Shown one piece after another: positions 33,552-46,597 of a DNA stretch of 64,000 bases (positions are counted from its first letter, which is position 1; every line of letters begins with the position of its first letter). The notes under the pieces were generated by a model, which searched no databases, was not told where the DNA came from, and saw only the letters and a list, made by a program, of their open reading frames with translations. A program made the translations under genes and the position numbers. Origin of the DNA: Octopus sinensis (taxonomy: Eukaryota); contig NW_021832226.1 in NCBI RefSeq assembly GCF_006345805.1, positions 248,001 to 312,000 of the forward strand, given 5' to 3'.

Positions 33552-35602
33552 TAAATTCACGATCACCAAAACCAACTAAACAAAACATTGATAATATTAA
33601 ATAACCGGTTGATAAAAATAATAAATTATTAAAAATATAATATAAAAATTCCTAAACATAAAACAAACGTGGATTAGTATAGACTAATAATTCTTTCGCT
33701 ATCAGAAATATAATCCTTGAATGCGGCGCGTAATTATGATTACAAGCTTTGAAATTCTAAAAAACAATGAAATAAAAATCGATTCACCAATTCGTGTAAT
33801 GAATTATGAAGAGTACATAAAATTTATGCAATGTATTACCTAATTTTAATATGTAATAAATAAATGATAAGAACGTTTTTGAGCCACTTAATGTATATAG
33901 AGACTAAATAAGTGCAATCAAACCGTAACTGAAGAAATGTTTGCAAGATCACGAAGAATTAATTTAAGTAGGCCTCACGCGAATCGGCAATTAATTAAAA
34001 GACTGAACGTACATTATACGAATCTTCAAAGACACCGGTATTAATTGTTCCCTTTGTTGTGCCGCTATAGTTACATAGGCAGTTGTTGATATAAATAATT
34101 TCCACGGTATTTTTTTGAGTAAATAATTCAGAAAAAATTGAAACAAGTATTTTAAAGAAAATTAAATACAAGACGAAATTAGTTAAGATAAATCGAAAAG
34201 TGCCAAACTCAAGAAATATTATGGCAATAAATGGTCATTAAAGGTGATTCATCAATTTTATGTTCGGCTTTTCTTTGAATTACACTTGATGCTAATGGCC
34301 CAGCGAGACTCAGTTGCTATCACAGTATAATAGTGCTATGTTAATTATTCTAAATGATATCACAGACAAGTATTCATAAATCAGATCGATTTGATGTCAA
34401 TATAAAAGCTGAATTCCTACTAATAGAAAATGAATGTAGATCCGATACCTCCATAAAGTTTAATACATTAATGATTTTATTCATCATAATTGATTATATA
34501 TTTTTTATACAATTATTGTATTTTAAAATAACTATATTAAACGTGAATAAGTTTCAATATTGTTTTTTCCATTTGATTTATTTCTAACGAATTGTAAAGA
34601 ATCAATGAAAATTGAGCTTTTGAAAACATTTTTATAATGAAAGCCATTGACAACTTAATTAAACTACAAGAAAATGTACTAATGCAAATATAGATTAACT
34701 GTTTTTATCTAAACAAAATTACTATTTTTTTAATATGAGGTTTAATTCATACAAAAGTGATAAAAGATTAATCGAAGGGAAGGCCAGCAGTCTGGCGGAT
34801 AGCCAAACTGTTCCCCCGGATAACGGCGATCGAGAACCGCTGAAAAAGCCAATTACTATTTTATACAAATTTCTAAAATAACTTTTTTCATATTTTTTTA
34901 CTGAATTTTCCGAATATTATGAAGTTTAATGTTTTTATCACCTACTTATTGACCTCAAGTTTGTATAGAAAAGATTATCTGAATACATAATCTATAATGA
35001 ATTATTATTAATAATCAATACACATTATTAGGTGTTGAACTACCTCTTTTTTGCGGTCACGTTACACGTATTACTCAAGCCTAAAATACAATGAAAGACT
35101 ATTTAATGAAAAATAATTTGGAAGACTGTGATCTTTCGAGGTTGGTGCAATAATCTGAAAACACTAAAGATTCCTTTAAACTGTGAAGTATTGCATCTGT
35201 CAGATTTATAAAAAAATTAAACTTGACAGAATTTCAAATTTTGAATGACTCAATTGTGTATTCAGAATGAAACTATAACATGATTATATCATCAAATTTT
35301 ATAGATAAAATACGATTTTATCGAGTTTAAGGGTGTATTAAGTAATATTCTATGCGTTAAAAATAATCAAGTAAGATTGATATGATTAAAACTCAATAAA
35401 TTCGACGCTTTACTATTTTAGAACGAGTAAAGTTAATTGTATAAAGATGAAATTTGAATTTTTATTATTAATCAGGCCAAGAAATGCTTTTATAAATTCG
35501 TGATTTATGGTTTTTCTTTATAATGTAGCAAGTATTTAAGGTAATAAGAAATTCCGAACAATGAGGAATTTCGAATGACATAAGGTAAGATGGTTGTGAG
35601 AT

Positions 35603-38600
35603 GATTCGTCGTCCAGTAGTAACCCCGTACTAGGAGTGGGGAGAGCTTTGAGCCAGTCACCCGTGTGCGGGTGACAGGCGCAGTTAAGGGTGGCCAGCTG
35701 GAGTTGGTCCGACTTGGAGCGAAGTTTTCGTAATGTGTTCGAGCAGAGAATTTCGTCCAGCCCCTTTGAACTGAAGGGATCGTGGGAAAATCAAGGTCGA
35801 GTGAGCACCACGTACGGCATGCAGATGAGAATTCCGAGAGCTCATTAAGTTCGAGAGAGGGAAGTAGAACTGAGCAAACGGAATTCCTGGAAGCCGACAT
35901 GGATGAGAGATAGCAGGGTAGGGCCAGGTCCGCACAAGAGCGGATCCCGATCCCCCCGAAGCGAGTTGGTAAACTGGCACGGGTAAAACCGTCACCAGTG
36001 AACCTCAAATTGAGGTGGAATGTTAGCGATTGGTGGACAAGATTATCGATTCTGGATAATGAGTCTGTGGCAGCGAAACACGGGGAGGAACGGAGAATGT
36101 AGGTCAGTCTGGGGACGAAAAGAAAGTTCTTTAACAAGAAAAACGCAAGATGCGAGCCAAGCCCACGGATCCGATCAGTGAGTAGTTTAATTTCGTCCCA
36201 TTTAGACGATAAGGCATTTTCTATGCCTTCAGCGGAAATTGGAGAGCCCAAGATAACTAGATCGCTGGTGGGCGTTAGCCTTAACCCAACGATCAGGCTG
36301 CTGAGAGCGGAGAATGTGTTGCGGAGAGCGGCGGGGGCAAGAGAAATGTTTACGAGTTCGCATTTTTCGCCGTTAAGAGATAGTCCGATCTTGGAGAAAC
36401 CGGAACCGATCGTCACGTCGTCCAGGTACCAGAAGTTAACAGTGGAAGAAAGGTTCCGTGCAATGTGGTCAACGGAGAGGGCAAACAGCAATGGGCCCAG
36501 TGGGTCACCCTGCTGAATGCCGCATTCTGACATGATGATCTGATCATGGATCAGAAGGCAGCTTGGGGCAGAGTATGCCAGCTTTACAATTGGGAAGAGA
36601 ACGGGGCAACGTGCCGAGACCACTTCGAGCAGATGGTCCCGGCGGACGCAGTTGAATGCGTTGCTGACGTCCAGCTTCACGATGAACTTGCAGTCTTCTG
36701 GCTTTGACTGGACAAGTTGGCGAGTGCCGTGCGCGAGAATTTCGCAGGCACCTTGGACGCCGACACCGTACTGGAAAGGGAGAAACTCCAGACTCAGGGG
36801 GGGAACCACCCTGCGGGACATTATCTTGGCCGAGAGTCTCCTGAAAACGTTACCGACCGCAATGGGCCTCACGCCACCATCGGCTTTCGACAGGGCAATG
36901 AGGCCAGCAGAGAAAAGAAGATCTCTGGCGACGGTTGGAATCTCGCCCGAGACAATGTGCGAACAAAGACGAGTGACAGAAGATAGCAGGTCTTTTCCGG
37001 ATTCGTGGGTCAATGGGCTCAGGAGATCGCGTAGGTGGATATCCCGCCGCTGCTACTGGGCGCAAAAGACCCGAGAGCGGCCGAAACCTCAGACGAGGTT
37101 ATCGGGTTGGACGGAGCCGAAACTAAAGTCGGTGTTGCACGGAGGTCGGTGGGAGCTTGGGGGTGTTTGCTGCGGAGTTGATTCAGGACAGCATCACACC
37201 GAGGAGCCACAGAGGAGTTGGATGAAATTGCGCGCACTGCTCCAGAGATATCGCCCTGGAGGAGTTTGCTTCGGACTGCCCGGGAAAAGCGCAATTCTGC
37301 GAGACCGGGCCGTTTTGAGGGTGCCTCCTTACAAGGGGGCGTAAGAGAGACAGACAGCCAATCAGAGTTGAACTCTGAGTGGACGTAAGATGTACAACGG
37401 TCCTTAATCCGCTGGGCAGAAGAAACGTGATTAGCAGCACATGGGCGCATGGGAGAAGAATTGAGGCAAAGGGAAAGAAAGAGAACAGCTTGAACCAAGG
37501 GTCAGGAGCGCTGGAAGCCAGCGCCTGGTCGATCAAGGCTGCGAGGGACTTGGCCACAGTGGGTCTGGCCGATTTTGGAATCCTTACTGGGATGAATGAT
37601 TCGCTTCGGAAAGCAGATAAGGATTTGAGGAATTGAGAAGGGGTAAAATGGCTCCCGGGAATTGGGGATATGCGTTTGGGTAGACCAAGGCAACTCGGGC
37701 ACTTCCAGCATTGGATAACGGCCGAGCTGGCCCTAGAGAGCCCGACGCAGGATAGGTGGAAGTACAGATCGCAAGAGGAGCACAAGCGGCCCTTCTTGCG
37801 GGAATTGGGTGATTTACAAGAGGAACAAGTTGCCATGTAAAGAATGATGCAATAAAGCGAAAGGAAAAGGAACGATTAATAGAATCAACAACCAACCAAC
37901 AACAACCCCAACAACCCAACCCTTTAAAACTTCGCTCCAAGTCGGACCAACTCCAGCTGGCCACCCTTAACTGCGCCTGTCAGCCGCACACGGGTGACTG
38001 GCTCAAAGCTCTCCCCACTCCTAGTACGGGGTTACTACTGGACGACGAATCCTTGCGGATTGGGATCAGCTTACGATTGGGTTTGGACATTTGCCAGCCC
38101 CACCCTTGCCGGTGCGGGTCCTCAATTTCGTCAAACGGCTTGCACGCCTTGTCGTGTAAGAAGAGTGCCGGAGAATTCCCCGTCACACTCATCTGAATGA
38201 CGTTATGAGGAGGGCTCTAGAGTCGGCTGGTTTCCCTTCCACCCTAGAGCCAGTCGGCCTTTCCCGGAGCGACGGCAAGCGTCCCGACGGGATGACGACC
38301 TTTCCTTTTAGGGAAGGCAAGTCCCTGGTTTGGGATGCCACGTGTGTCGACTCTTTTTCGGCGACAATGCTTCCCAGGACTGTCGCAAACCCGGGTTCCG
38401 CCAGTGCGCTGGCTGAAGAGACAAAGAGGACGAAATACCGGTGTATTTCGAACGCTTTTGAGTTTGCCCCCCTCGCCTTCGAAACCTCTGGAATCGTCGG
38501 AAGGCTGCGACTCAACTCCTCACCGCCATTGGTAGAAAAATCTCCACAAAAACAAACGACCGGAGGGAGACGAGCTGGCTGTTCCAGCGAATCTCGGTTG

Positions 38601-38730
38601 CTGTGCTCCGCGGAAACTGCCACTCAATACGCAGCGCGGCATCGTTGAGCTGACCCTCAGGCTCTCGACAATTCCCTTAGCCACCCAATTGCTTTAAATT
38701 CTTTGTTGTGTTTTTCGTTAAAAAAAAAAA
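35603..38730. mobile_element. Near full-length CRE-clade retrotransposon with inverted 5' arm (35603-37925, minus) and sense 3' arm (37926-38730, plus)
   Basis: PHD-like finger and RT (GIQQGDPLGP, YLDD) on minus; RLE (KRPDG, WDATC), 3'UTR and polyA on plus; TSD aagatggttgtgag at 35587-35600 and 38731-38744; several frameshifts. Confidence 0.92.
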
Positions 38731-38829
38731 AAGATGGTTGTGAGTTGGTTTCAAACTGTATTCAGTGAATATTATTCAAAGTAATATTTAGGACCTAAAG
38801 CTTGGAAAATTATAAAAATATATAAAATA

Positions 38830-38902
38830 TTTTTTGTGCGGCCCGCGAAGCTAATCTTAATTATCGATTTGGCCCTTGAGCTAAAAAGGTTGAGAACCCC
38901 TG
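38830..38902. mobile_element. Isolated hAT right end
   Basis: gcggcccgcg and tttggccc subterminal motifs, then TIR ggttgagaacccctg. Confidence 0.6.
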
Positions 38903-39249
38903 ATTGTATAAGTCACCTCAATATTAAGATTTAAATAAACTGAGAATATATTTACATAATGAAATACGAAAGTAAATAAACTAACTACGACTAAAGAACC
39001 TAAGAGTCAGCTCTTTGACGCCGCGCGGCGTATGAAATGGCAGTTTTCGCGGAGATTTAAATTATCATTTTTTAATATCGATTAATTAATCGTGACAAGA
39101 TTCTGACATTTTTATAACTCCAAGGTTACAGATTTTTTAATCAGACGACAGAAATAGATGTAAAATATTTCGAAATATATTTTTACTTTAAAATCAAAAA
39201 ATTATGGTGCGGACAAGTGCAGTGTCCTCAAAGTCTGTAAAAGGACGAG

Positions 39250-39785
39250 GGGTTACACTAATTACGTCCCTAGATTATTGCTGAACGGGTCAACAATTGA
39301 TGCAGTTGATCGGATGACTTATTTTGGGGTGCTCTTCAAGCCGTCCGGTAAGTTTGATAATCATATTGCACGTACAAAAATGCGTTCAATGCAGCGTCTA
39401 GGCGCGTTGAGTGCTTTCCGGCTGCGGAGAGGTGCCTGGCTACGCGTATTTAACGCCATGGTGTTACCCGTGTTGACCTATGGCGTATATGCCCGGCACT
39501 TCTGCAAGGACAGGGAGAAGTACGTTGACCCGCTCAAAAAAATCAGAAAACGAGCCATCCGGCTAGCCCATGGCTTAGGATGTCGAGAGGAGCTCTCGGA
39601 CACCCAGGAATTGTCCCTCAAAGGCGTCCCTGAGGTCCTAGAGAAGATAATGTCTGGGTGGCAGGTAAGGCAGTAAGTTATAGTTTGCGGCTGAGAGGTG
39701 AGCGTGTGTGCGGGACTGAAAAGGCAGGAATGCCGAAGGTCCTTATCTATCCTTCACTAACAGCCTCTTTTTAAATAAATAAAAA
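39250..39785 (+). mobile_element. LINE 3' fragment (RT thumb region, 3'UTR, A-rich tail)
   Basis: MTYFGVLF..WLRVFNAMVLPVLTYG; ends taaataaataaaaa. Confidence 0.65.
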
Positions 39786-39894
39786 TTTTTCTTTCTTCTT
39801 TTCTGTCAAATATACAAAATAATCTAATATGTCAATCATTACACGAAAGGTTATTAATTAAACTTTATTTTCAATTTTTGAGACAAAATAACAA

Positions 39895-40134
39895 GTGTTT
39901 GACAAATCATTTCTTATTCAGATAAAGCAGCCGTGTCTAAAATATTCCAACTTAACAATGTTTGGAAGTACATATTTATGTAAACAACTTTTCTCTCTAA
40001 TGAACATAAACAAAACAAGATTTCGACCGAGTCTGACCAAAACTCATCCAAGTGTGATTCTACGATTGACAAAAATTCAAAATTTCACACCAGATATTGA
40101 CGCTAAAATGAAGAAAAAAATGTCAAGTTTCTGA
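39895..40134 (+). mobile_element. hAT (GTF2IRD2-like) transposase C-terminal remnant
   Basis: MFGSTYLCKQLFSLMNINK..LRL..NFTPDID. Confidence 0.75.
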
Positions 40135-40268
40135 AATTATTCAAATCTTAATTTTTCAAACTTCCAAAGAATACAACGAATATAACCCCTTGATATGAGG
40201 ATCATCAATTCTTTTAAATGATCTTATTCAAATGTGCTCTATGAAGCAATTTGTATTTCCGATATTTA

Positions 40269-40602
40269 TGAGAATTATTATGAGACATATTAAAGATAAA
40301 TATGCGGCAAGGTATCATATTTGTAAAAGAAACGTGGAATCGAGTAACAAAAGACACAATAACTAATTGCTGGAAAATGATTTATTTGAAAAGTCCGGAT
40401 AAAATTGATTTTTAATTATTGCGTCTGCTTTCAGTTGAGAATTATTATGAGACATTATTGAAGATAAATATGCGACAAGTTATCATATTTGTAAGAGAAA
40501 CATGGAATCGAGTAACAAAAGACACAATAAATAGTTGCTGGAAAATGATTTATTTGAAAAGTCGACATAAAATTGATTTTTAATTATTGCGTCTGCTTTT
40601 AG
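40269..40602 (+). repeat. 167-bp tandem duplication of a pogo/Tigger-like transposase fragment
   Basis: Units start at 40269 and 40436 and encode IIFVKETWNRVTKDTITNCWK-type sequence. Confidence 0.7.
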
Positions 40603-41721
40603 TCGATTCTCCTCTTCTTCGAGCGCGAGCTAATGTCTTCGACGGGTACATATATCCATTTTACAGGGCAAGCCACTTTTGTGGTTGTTCTCGAGTCGGA
40701 TTTAATCGCATGCTTCGCCGCTGGCAGGAGTTTGTACTCCGGGCACATGCTTTCCAATGCTCTCTTGATCACGATTGTATGGACATTAGCTCTAATTACA
40801 TCGAGTATTCGGACTGGCATGCTACTAATAAGACTTTTTGCGTATTCTATTTTGAGTTCATTCCAAATGGATGATATTTTTGAAATAAATGTTCTTTTTA
40901 AAAATTATTTTCCATTGATTTTTTCTTTAATAAATGTCTAAACGTTCTATATGGGTTTAAATCTGGGCTTTGTGCAGGTCATGGTAGCAATTCGATATTA
41001 TTTACTTGAAAAAAACGCCTTGCTATTGCCTAAGTATGTTTCGGATAATTGTCTTTTTGGTACCTAGGATTTTTTATGTTCGATTTTGTTCAGAAATGAG
41101 ATAATATTATTCGTTAATATGTTAACATACTAAGCTCCACCTATCTTCTCTTTTATCAAAACCAAATTACTGATTCCAATAATGCTTATGACACCCCATA
41201 ACATGATAGTTCATCTACCGAATTTTACTGTTTTTGTCACATTGTTTGTTAAATATTTTTTCTTTCGATTTCTCCATACAAAAGTTCTTCCATCGCTATT
41301 GTACATATTAAATTTACTTTCATCACTTAAAATAACTCGCTCCCAAAATATTTTGAGAGCATATTCCATGTTTGGCATAGCTTCAATTATTGAAGTTTAC
41401 CGTTTTTGTTAAGAATTGGTCTTTTCGTGGGCGGATAAGCATTCAGACCAATTTTTCGTGGTATTTCTTATTGTTTGAGCTGTTACTGATTTCCCTGCTT
41501 TTCTGTAAATGTTTTATCAAATTAAAAACAGTTGAAATTGACATCCACTTTTTAAGCCTCTTTAATCTTAATAATAATGGTATGGTGTGTGTCTGTCTGT
41601 CTGTGTGTGCACACCAACTTCAAATTGGCAAAGTACAGATAAATTGTCAAAATCTTTTCCCCTTATTAGCCAATAATGAGGAACAAGCTTAAAATCATGA
41701 CCTCCTCCAAGAATCTTCCAC

Positions 41722-42145
41722 CCTACGATGTCATCGACTTACATAATGAGGTCCTTAAAACCTTCCCCCCCAAAAAAATTAAAAAAAAATTTTCTGCATT
41801 TTGGTTAAAATGAACAACTACGATATCCTCGACTTACATGATGAGGTCCTTAAAACCTTCCCCCCAAAAAAAAATAAAAAAAAATTTTCTGCATTTTGGT
41901 TAAAATGAACAACTACGATGTCCTCGACTTACATGATGAGGTCCTTAAAACCTTCCCCCCAAAAAAAATTAAAAAAAAATTTTCTGCATTTTGGTTAAAA
42001 TGAACAACTACGATGTCCTCGACTTACATGATGAGGTCCTTAAAACCTTCCCGCCAAAAAATCAAAAAATTATTTTCTGCATTTGATTAAAATGAACAAC
42101 GTTAATGTCCTCGACATTCATGATGAGGTCCATTAAAACCTTCGA
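41722..42145. repeat. 95-bp tandem repeat, about 4.5 copies, inside the Helitron
   Basis: tacgat recurs at 41724, 41819, 41914 and 42009; the last copy is degenerate. Confidence 0.9.
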
Positions 42146-42699
42146 GGCAAAAATCTCACGTATTAAGAATATCCTTGATGAAAACGACAGCGAGAATATT
42201 AACAATGATGAACTCCCAATTATTCGCGATGAAGAAATTCAATTCACCCTATGATTTTCTCTTTAAAATTAAATGCATATATCATTATCGACCATGAATC
42301 AAAATTAAAGCTATTATCATATTTGACTTTGACAGAATGTGCAATTACAGATTGCACGACCTTGAATAGAGTGTGCATTTAACAGATTTTGAAAAACACT
42401 TTGATAGTTAATTCAGTTAGTTAATAAATAGAAATCCGTTTTCCGCATCGAAAATCGTTAAGTTCCAGCGGCGAGGACGCAGTGTGCGTTGCCCCGAACA
42501 ATGGCCAGGCCGATGCGCTGGCGGAACCAGAGGCCCTTTCTCGAGTTCTTGAGCCTCCTCCCGATGGACTTCCCGACCTCTTTGAGGAACGAGTCAGTCT
42601 CCTAATAGTTGAAACCACATTAGCACAATCATTAACACATTTACCACCAATTGACAGCGCAATCAGAAGAATTTGCCTAAAAATATTAACTATTTAGTT

Positions 42700-42918
42700 A
42701 AGTTTTTCGTAAAGATAGAATTTATTTTCGGTATGCCTCTTTTCCTAAATTTTTTTATTATTCAAAAATAATTTTTTCAATAGATAACCGAAGGAGGGAA
42801 GACGACCTTAAGAAAAGAAGTTTTTCGTAAAGATAGAATTTATTTTCTGTATGCCTCTTTTTTCCTAATATTTTTTATTATTCAAAAATAATTTTTTAAA
42901 TAGATAACCGAAGGAGGA
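42700..42918. repeat. ~118-bp tandem duplication inside the Helitron
   Basis: gtttttcgtaaagatagaatt...caatagataaccgaaggagg occurs twice. Confidence 0.85.
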
Positions 42919-43003
42919 AAAACGAAGCTGAAGAAAAAACGGTCAGCTTAAGGTAATTAATTAAATCTTTTTTGTGTGTCGCTTTTTTGGCTGCTGCTAC
43001 TCT

Positions 43004-43096
43004 GCCTGCCGCATCTCCGCCTGTCCCATCTCCGGCTGCCCCATCTCCGGCTGCCCCATCTCCGGCTGCCCCATTTCCGCCTGCCCCATTTCCGCC
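43004..43096. repeat. 15-bp GC-rich minisatellite, about 6 copies
   Basis: Unit gctgccccatctccg; reads (AAPSP)n on plus or (GDGAA)n on minus. Confidence 0.85.
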
Positions 43097-44439
43097 AGTG
43101 GTTTGTCTAATCAAGGTCACTAAGCTAAATCTCCGGACTATAAAGGCTCTTAAGCATTATCTTAATTGGCTGTTAAAAAAATTAGACAGGTTGTTGCCGT
43201 GGCGGCAGAGATTTTTTTTGTTTATACTATTTTACAAATTTTTAAAGTTTTTTGTTGTTTTTTTTATTTTTTTGTTTTTAAATTATTTATTTTTATTTGT
43301 TTTTTTTATTTTTTTGTTATTTTCTAAAAATTCAACCGGATTGAATTTTTAAACTCCTTAGATCTCTCTGGAATGCCGAATCATCTTTTAAAGTTAAAGA
43401 TAGGCGTTCCAGTGGTTTTATTACGAAATCTTGCGCCACCTAAATTATGCAACGGAACGAGGTTAGTTATCAAAAATTTGATGGCCAACGTAATAGAGGC
43501 GACGATATTAACAGGTAAGTATAGAGGTGAGGATGTTTATATTCCACGAATTCCGATAATTTCTGATGAATTACCATTTAGATTTAAAAGGCTGCAATTT
43601 CCTTTGAGGATGAGTTTTGCAATGACAATAAACAAGGCCCAGGGACAGTCATTAAAGGTAGTTGGGTTATTTTTAGAGAGTGAGTGCTTTTCACATGGAC
43701 AGCTGTATGTGGGATGCTCGAGGGTAGGCAGAAGAGAAAATTTATTCATATATGCCAAGGAAGGACGGACGACAAACATCGTTTATCAACAGGCGATAGA
43801 ATAGGGTTACATTAAACCAGGTAGTTTTATACATCTACATAAACTTATAGTTGTTTGATGAAACAGGCCCTCCGCAGGAGCTAGGTCGCGGTGAGCGAAG
43901 CGAGCTGCCGAGCTAGTTTAAAATATTTCTTGACGATTGAAAACGATGGTCGACCAGACCCGACTTTTTTGTCCGTCGAGGACTTATTTAAATAGCTTCT
44001 GATAATTTGCGATATTGTGCCAAGCAATCTTTTAGCGATATCTTGTATTTCTGCATGCCAATTATTCTGCATTTTTCTTCTTATCAAAAAAACTAAAAAA
44101 ATGTAAAATACTTTAATCTATGTTAAGAATAAATTTGAGACACATTTGCAATATTGTCCCATTGTAAATTTATAAGAAAAAGCATGTTCAGTTTTTTATG
44201 TCCCGAAGCACTTAATGAATATTATGTTTTTAAAATGAACGTCTGCAGGAAATTAAGGAAAAAATGTAATATTGGAGGGAAAATTAGCGATTACTTTTTT
44301 TAATTTATGATCAACTTAAAAGTCCTACACAAGACTCTCTTTAGCAGCCGGGATAACACGCCGTCATCAACGTGGCTGAAATATGGGAATAACTCTCCCC
44401 GATCAGAAGGGTTGTTCTCATATTTGGAGGACAAAAACC

Positions 44440-44810
44440 TTTTTAATGGTTAACGGAAACAGTGTAACCACTGTAAGAATAAGGCAATGACCGTTGACCA
44501 TTTAGACACAAAGTGCGGGAGTATGCTTTACCATGATTACACATGGAGGCATAACGAGGTGGTGAGGTCCCTCCATCTTTTGCTTTGCAATAAGTATGGC
44601 TTGAGGCGGTCCAGAAAGTTGCGAACCCATCGAGTTCAAGTGGAAGTAGAGAAAAGGAGGAAATATGACCTCCTTGCAAACGAGCTAGGACTGATGCACC
44701 AGTGCAAAGTCCATGTCATCCCGTGTGATGATATGGGATGGAGTGGTCATTAAATACCACAAGCGGTACTTAAATCAGTTGGGTGTAGATAAGTCTCTGC
44801 AGGCTTATAC
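44440..44810 (+). mobile_element. RLE-type non-LTR 3' fragment with internal deletion
   Basis: TVDHLDTKCGSMLYHDYTWRHNEVVRSLH; EKRRKYDLLANELGLMHQCK. Confidence 0.8.
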
Positions 44811-44979
44811 AGGCTTTTTCCTTTTTTAACTTTTAAATGCTATTTTATTTAAAGAAATTAAAGAAAAAGTCGAAAAATGATATAAATTATCATACCCTAT
44901 GTATTTTGGGCGAATTTCTAGGGGGCAAGGGTTCAACTGTACTAAAAAAATAATAAACTGTTTTTGACATGCTAAATGA

Positions 44980-45724
44980 ACTGAAGATTTTATTAAAGAA
45001 ATATATGACGAGTCTTTGTCTGAAACTTATCAGGAATTCGTGTCAAGACTACAAATAAATGATCCAGTTCCAGAGGAAGAGAATCTACTATACGCGTATG
45101 AGAATGGAGAGATCTTGGACAATTTGGGAGAAAATGATGATGAGGACATTGATTGTGGAGAATAAAAGAATTAAAAAGTCGTTTTAGATCACGATGCAGT
45201 GAATGCTGTCTATACATTGAGGAAGTACATCAAACAGAAAGATTAAGTTAATTTAAATGGCTTCGATCACCTTAGTAAAAACATAAAAACAAATATTAAA
45301 CGAGAATAGCTGATCAACTTTTTTCATAAAAGAAGTTGTTAGAGGACCAGTCACCCCAGATTTCTCTGCATCGATAAGGATGAAACGAAACCGTTGTCCA
45401 ATGGGTGTCAACACACGTTGAATCTCAAACTAACGATTTTCCACAAGAGTAATGAAAGGTGCTTATTCTATCTGGTCTTTCCCCATCTCCACGGTCTAGG
45501 CCCACTGCTTCTATCATTGAGGGGAAGCCCACTGACTTAAAAACTCGTAAGATTACATTTTTAACAGCGGAGTGCCCAGCACTTCGTTTTCAAGATAGTG
45601 AATGAACACTTTTACGTCAACGATTTTTTCACATTTGCAAAAATCCTATTCGCAGAATTAATAAAAAAGTTCAAATTTGTCTCTCGATCAGCCGTAATTT
45701 CCCAGGATTCGAGCGGTTTTACTG
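44980..45724 (+). mobile_element. pogo/Tigger-like right end with an embedded CRE RLE fragment (45340-45590, minus)
   Basis: Acidic C-terminal remnant; TIR ggattcgagcggttttactg|ta. Embedded piece reads EAVGLDRGDGERPD..GKSLV*DSTCVDT. Confidence 0.6.
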
Positions 45725-45942
45725 TAGTATATAACAAATATCTTGTTCAATCAAAAAATCACAAATTAATAGTCTGGCCTGTGGAAGAAATGAGTTTGAC
45801 AACCCTCTACACAATAACAATCCCTCCGGTGACTTTATCGTGGGCCACAATTTTAGGTTATTTCCATTATTTGTTCGTTATAAAAATATTATTTATATTA
45901 AATAATTATTGAAACTATTATTTAATTAAGACGTGTAGGAAA

Positions 45943-46597
45943 ATGGTATGTCGTGAATTATTTTTAATCATCACTTTATAGATTTAAAACTTTCTCTAGG
46001 TTAAAGTTCCTGCCAAATCACAGCAAACTATAGTTGAATCTAATAGAAAATGCTTGCGAATATACGAGATCTTCTCAATCATTTCAAATGTTTATTGCTG
46101 TGAGTAACTTTATTAGTTAATATTCTGGGGATTCAAGCTTATTTATAAAAGAGAATACTTACAAGTAAATTATTCTTAAAGAAATATGACAGGTTATGGG
46201 ATTTATTACATCTTTGATGATATTGATCGCTTGGAAAGTATTGGATAGAATGTCAAGGCAAATAACAAGTTCTACTGGAGTGGTCTCCTTTGCAAGTGAT
46301 ATTACTCTTCCGGGGGTCTTAAATGAGTCATTTTCTATTTGGCTTACTTTTTAGAAATTTAAAGGATTTGATTATTATCTGCAATATAATACTGTTTGGA
46401 GCCGTGTTTTCAAAATATGCATTTCTGTTGATTTTAATTGTTAAAATATTATATTTATTATTTTTCAGATTATTGGGAAAGCTTTTTACTATATTTGGAT
46501 TAACTTTCTCCAGCCATTTTTTGCAAAAAGTTATAGCAATCCTCCTAAACGACAAAAGGATACAAATAAAGTCAAAAAAGTTTATCGGCGTAGATAA
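45943..46597 (+). CDS. TMEM208: TMEM208 (SND2) homologue
   Basis: ATG-only first coding exon; MVKVPAKSQQTIVESNRKCLRIYEI..; NLKDLIIICNII; KAFYYIWINFLQPFF..KVYRRR*. Confidence 0.75.

Larger units (their letters stand above)
41566..43916 (+). mobile_element. Non-autonomous Helitron with PIF1 helicase C-terminus
   Basis: A|TC start with a (gtct)n tract; ORF 43373-43804 ([51 protein letters not shown]); GC-rich 3' end gagcgaagcgagc then CTAG|T. Confidence 0.88.
41100..44090 (-). mobile_element. Tc1-like transposase remnant split by a Helitron (43917-44090 and 41100-41565)
   Basis: N-terminal HTH ..GSGRP on the right of the Helitron; GKSVTAQTIRN, WERVILSDESKFN and TVKFG..IMLWG on the left. Confidence 0.7.

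Noticed and set aside
33720-34600. Possible spliced gene divergent from Axin
   Set aside because: Intron-like segments are present but I could not assemble an open frame.
35684-38200. Many overlapping ORFs in and opposite the CRE element
   Set aside because: They are antisense or alternate-frame shadows of GC-rich transposon coding sequence.
44343-44428. Hammerhead, HDV or C/D snoRNA assignment
   Set aside because: No CUGANGA plus GAAA core, no GG/P1.1, and the box order is not convincing.
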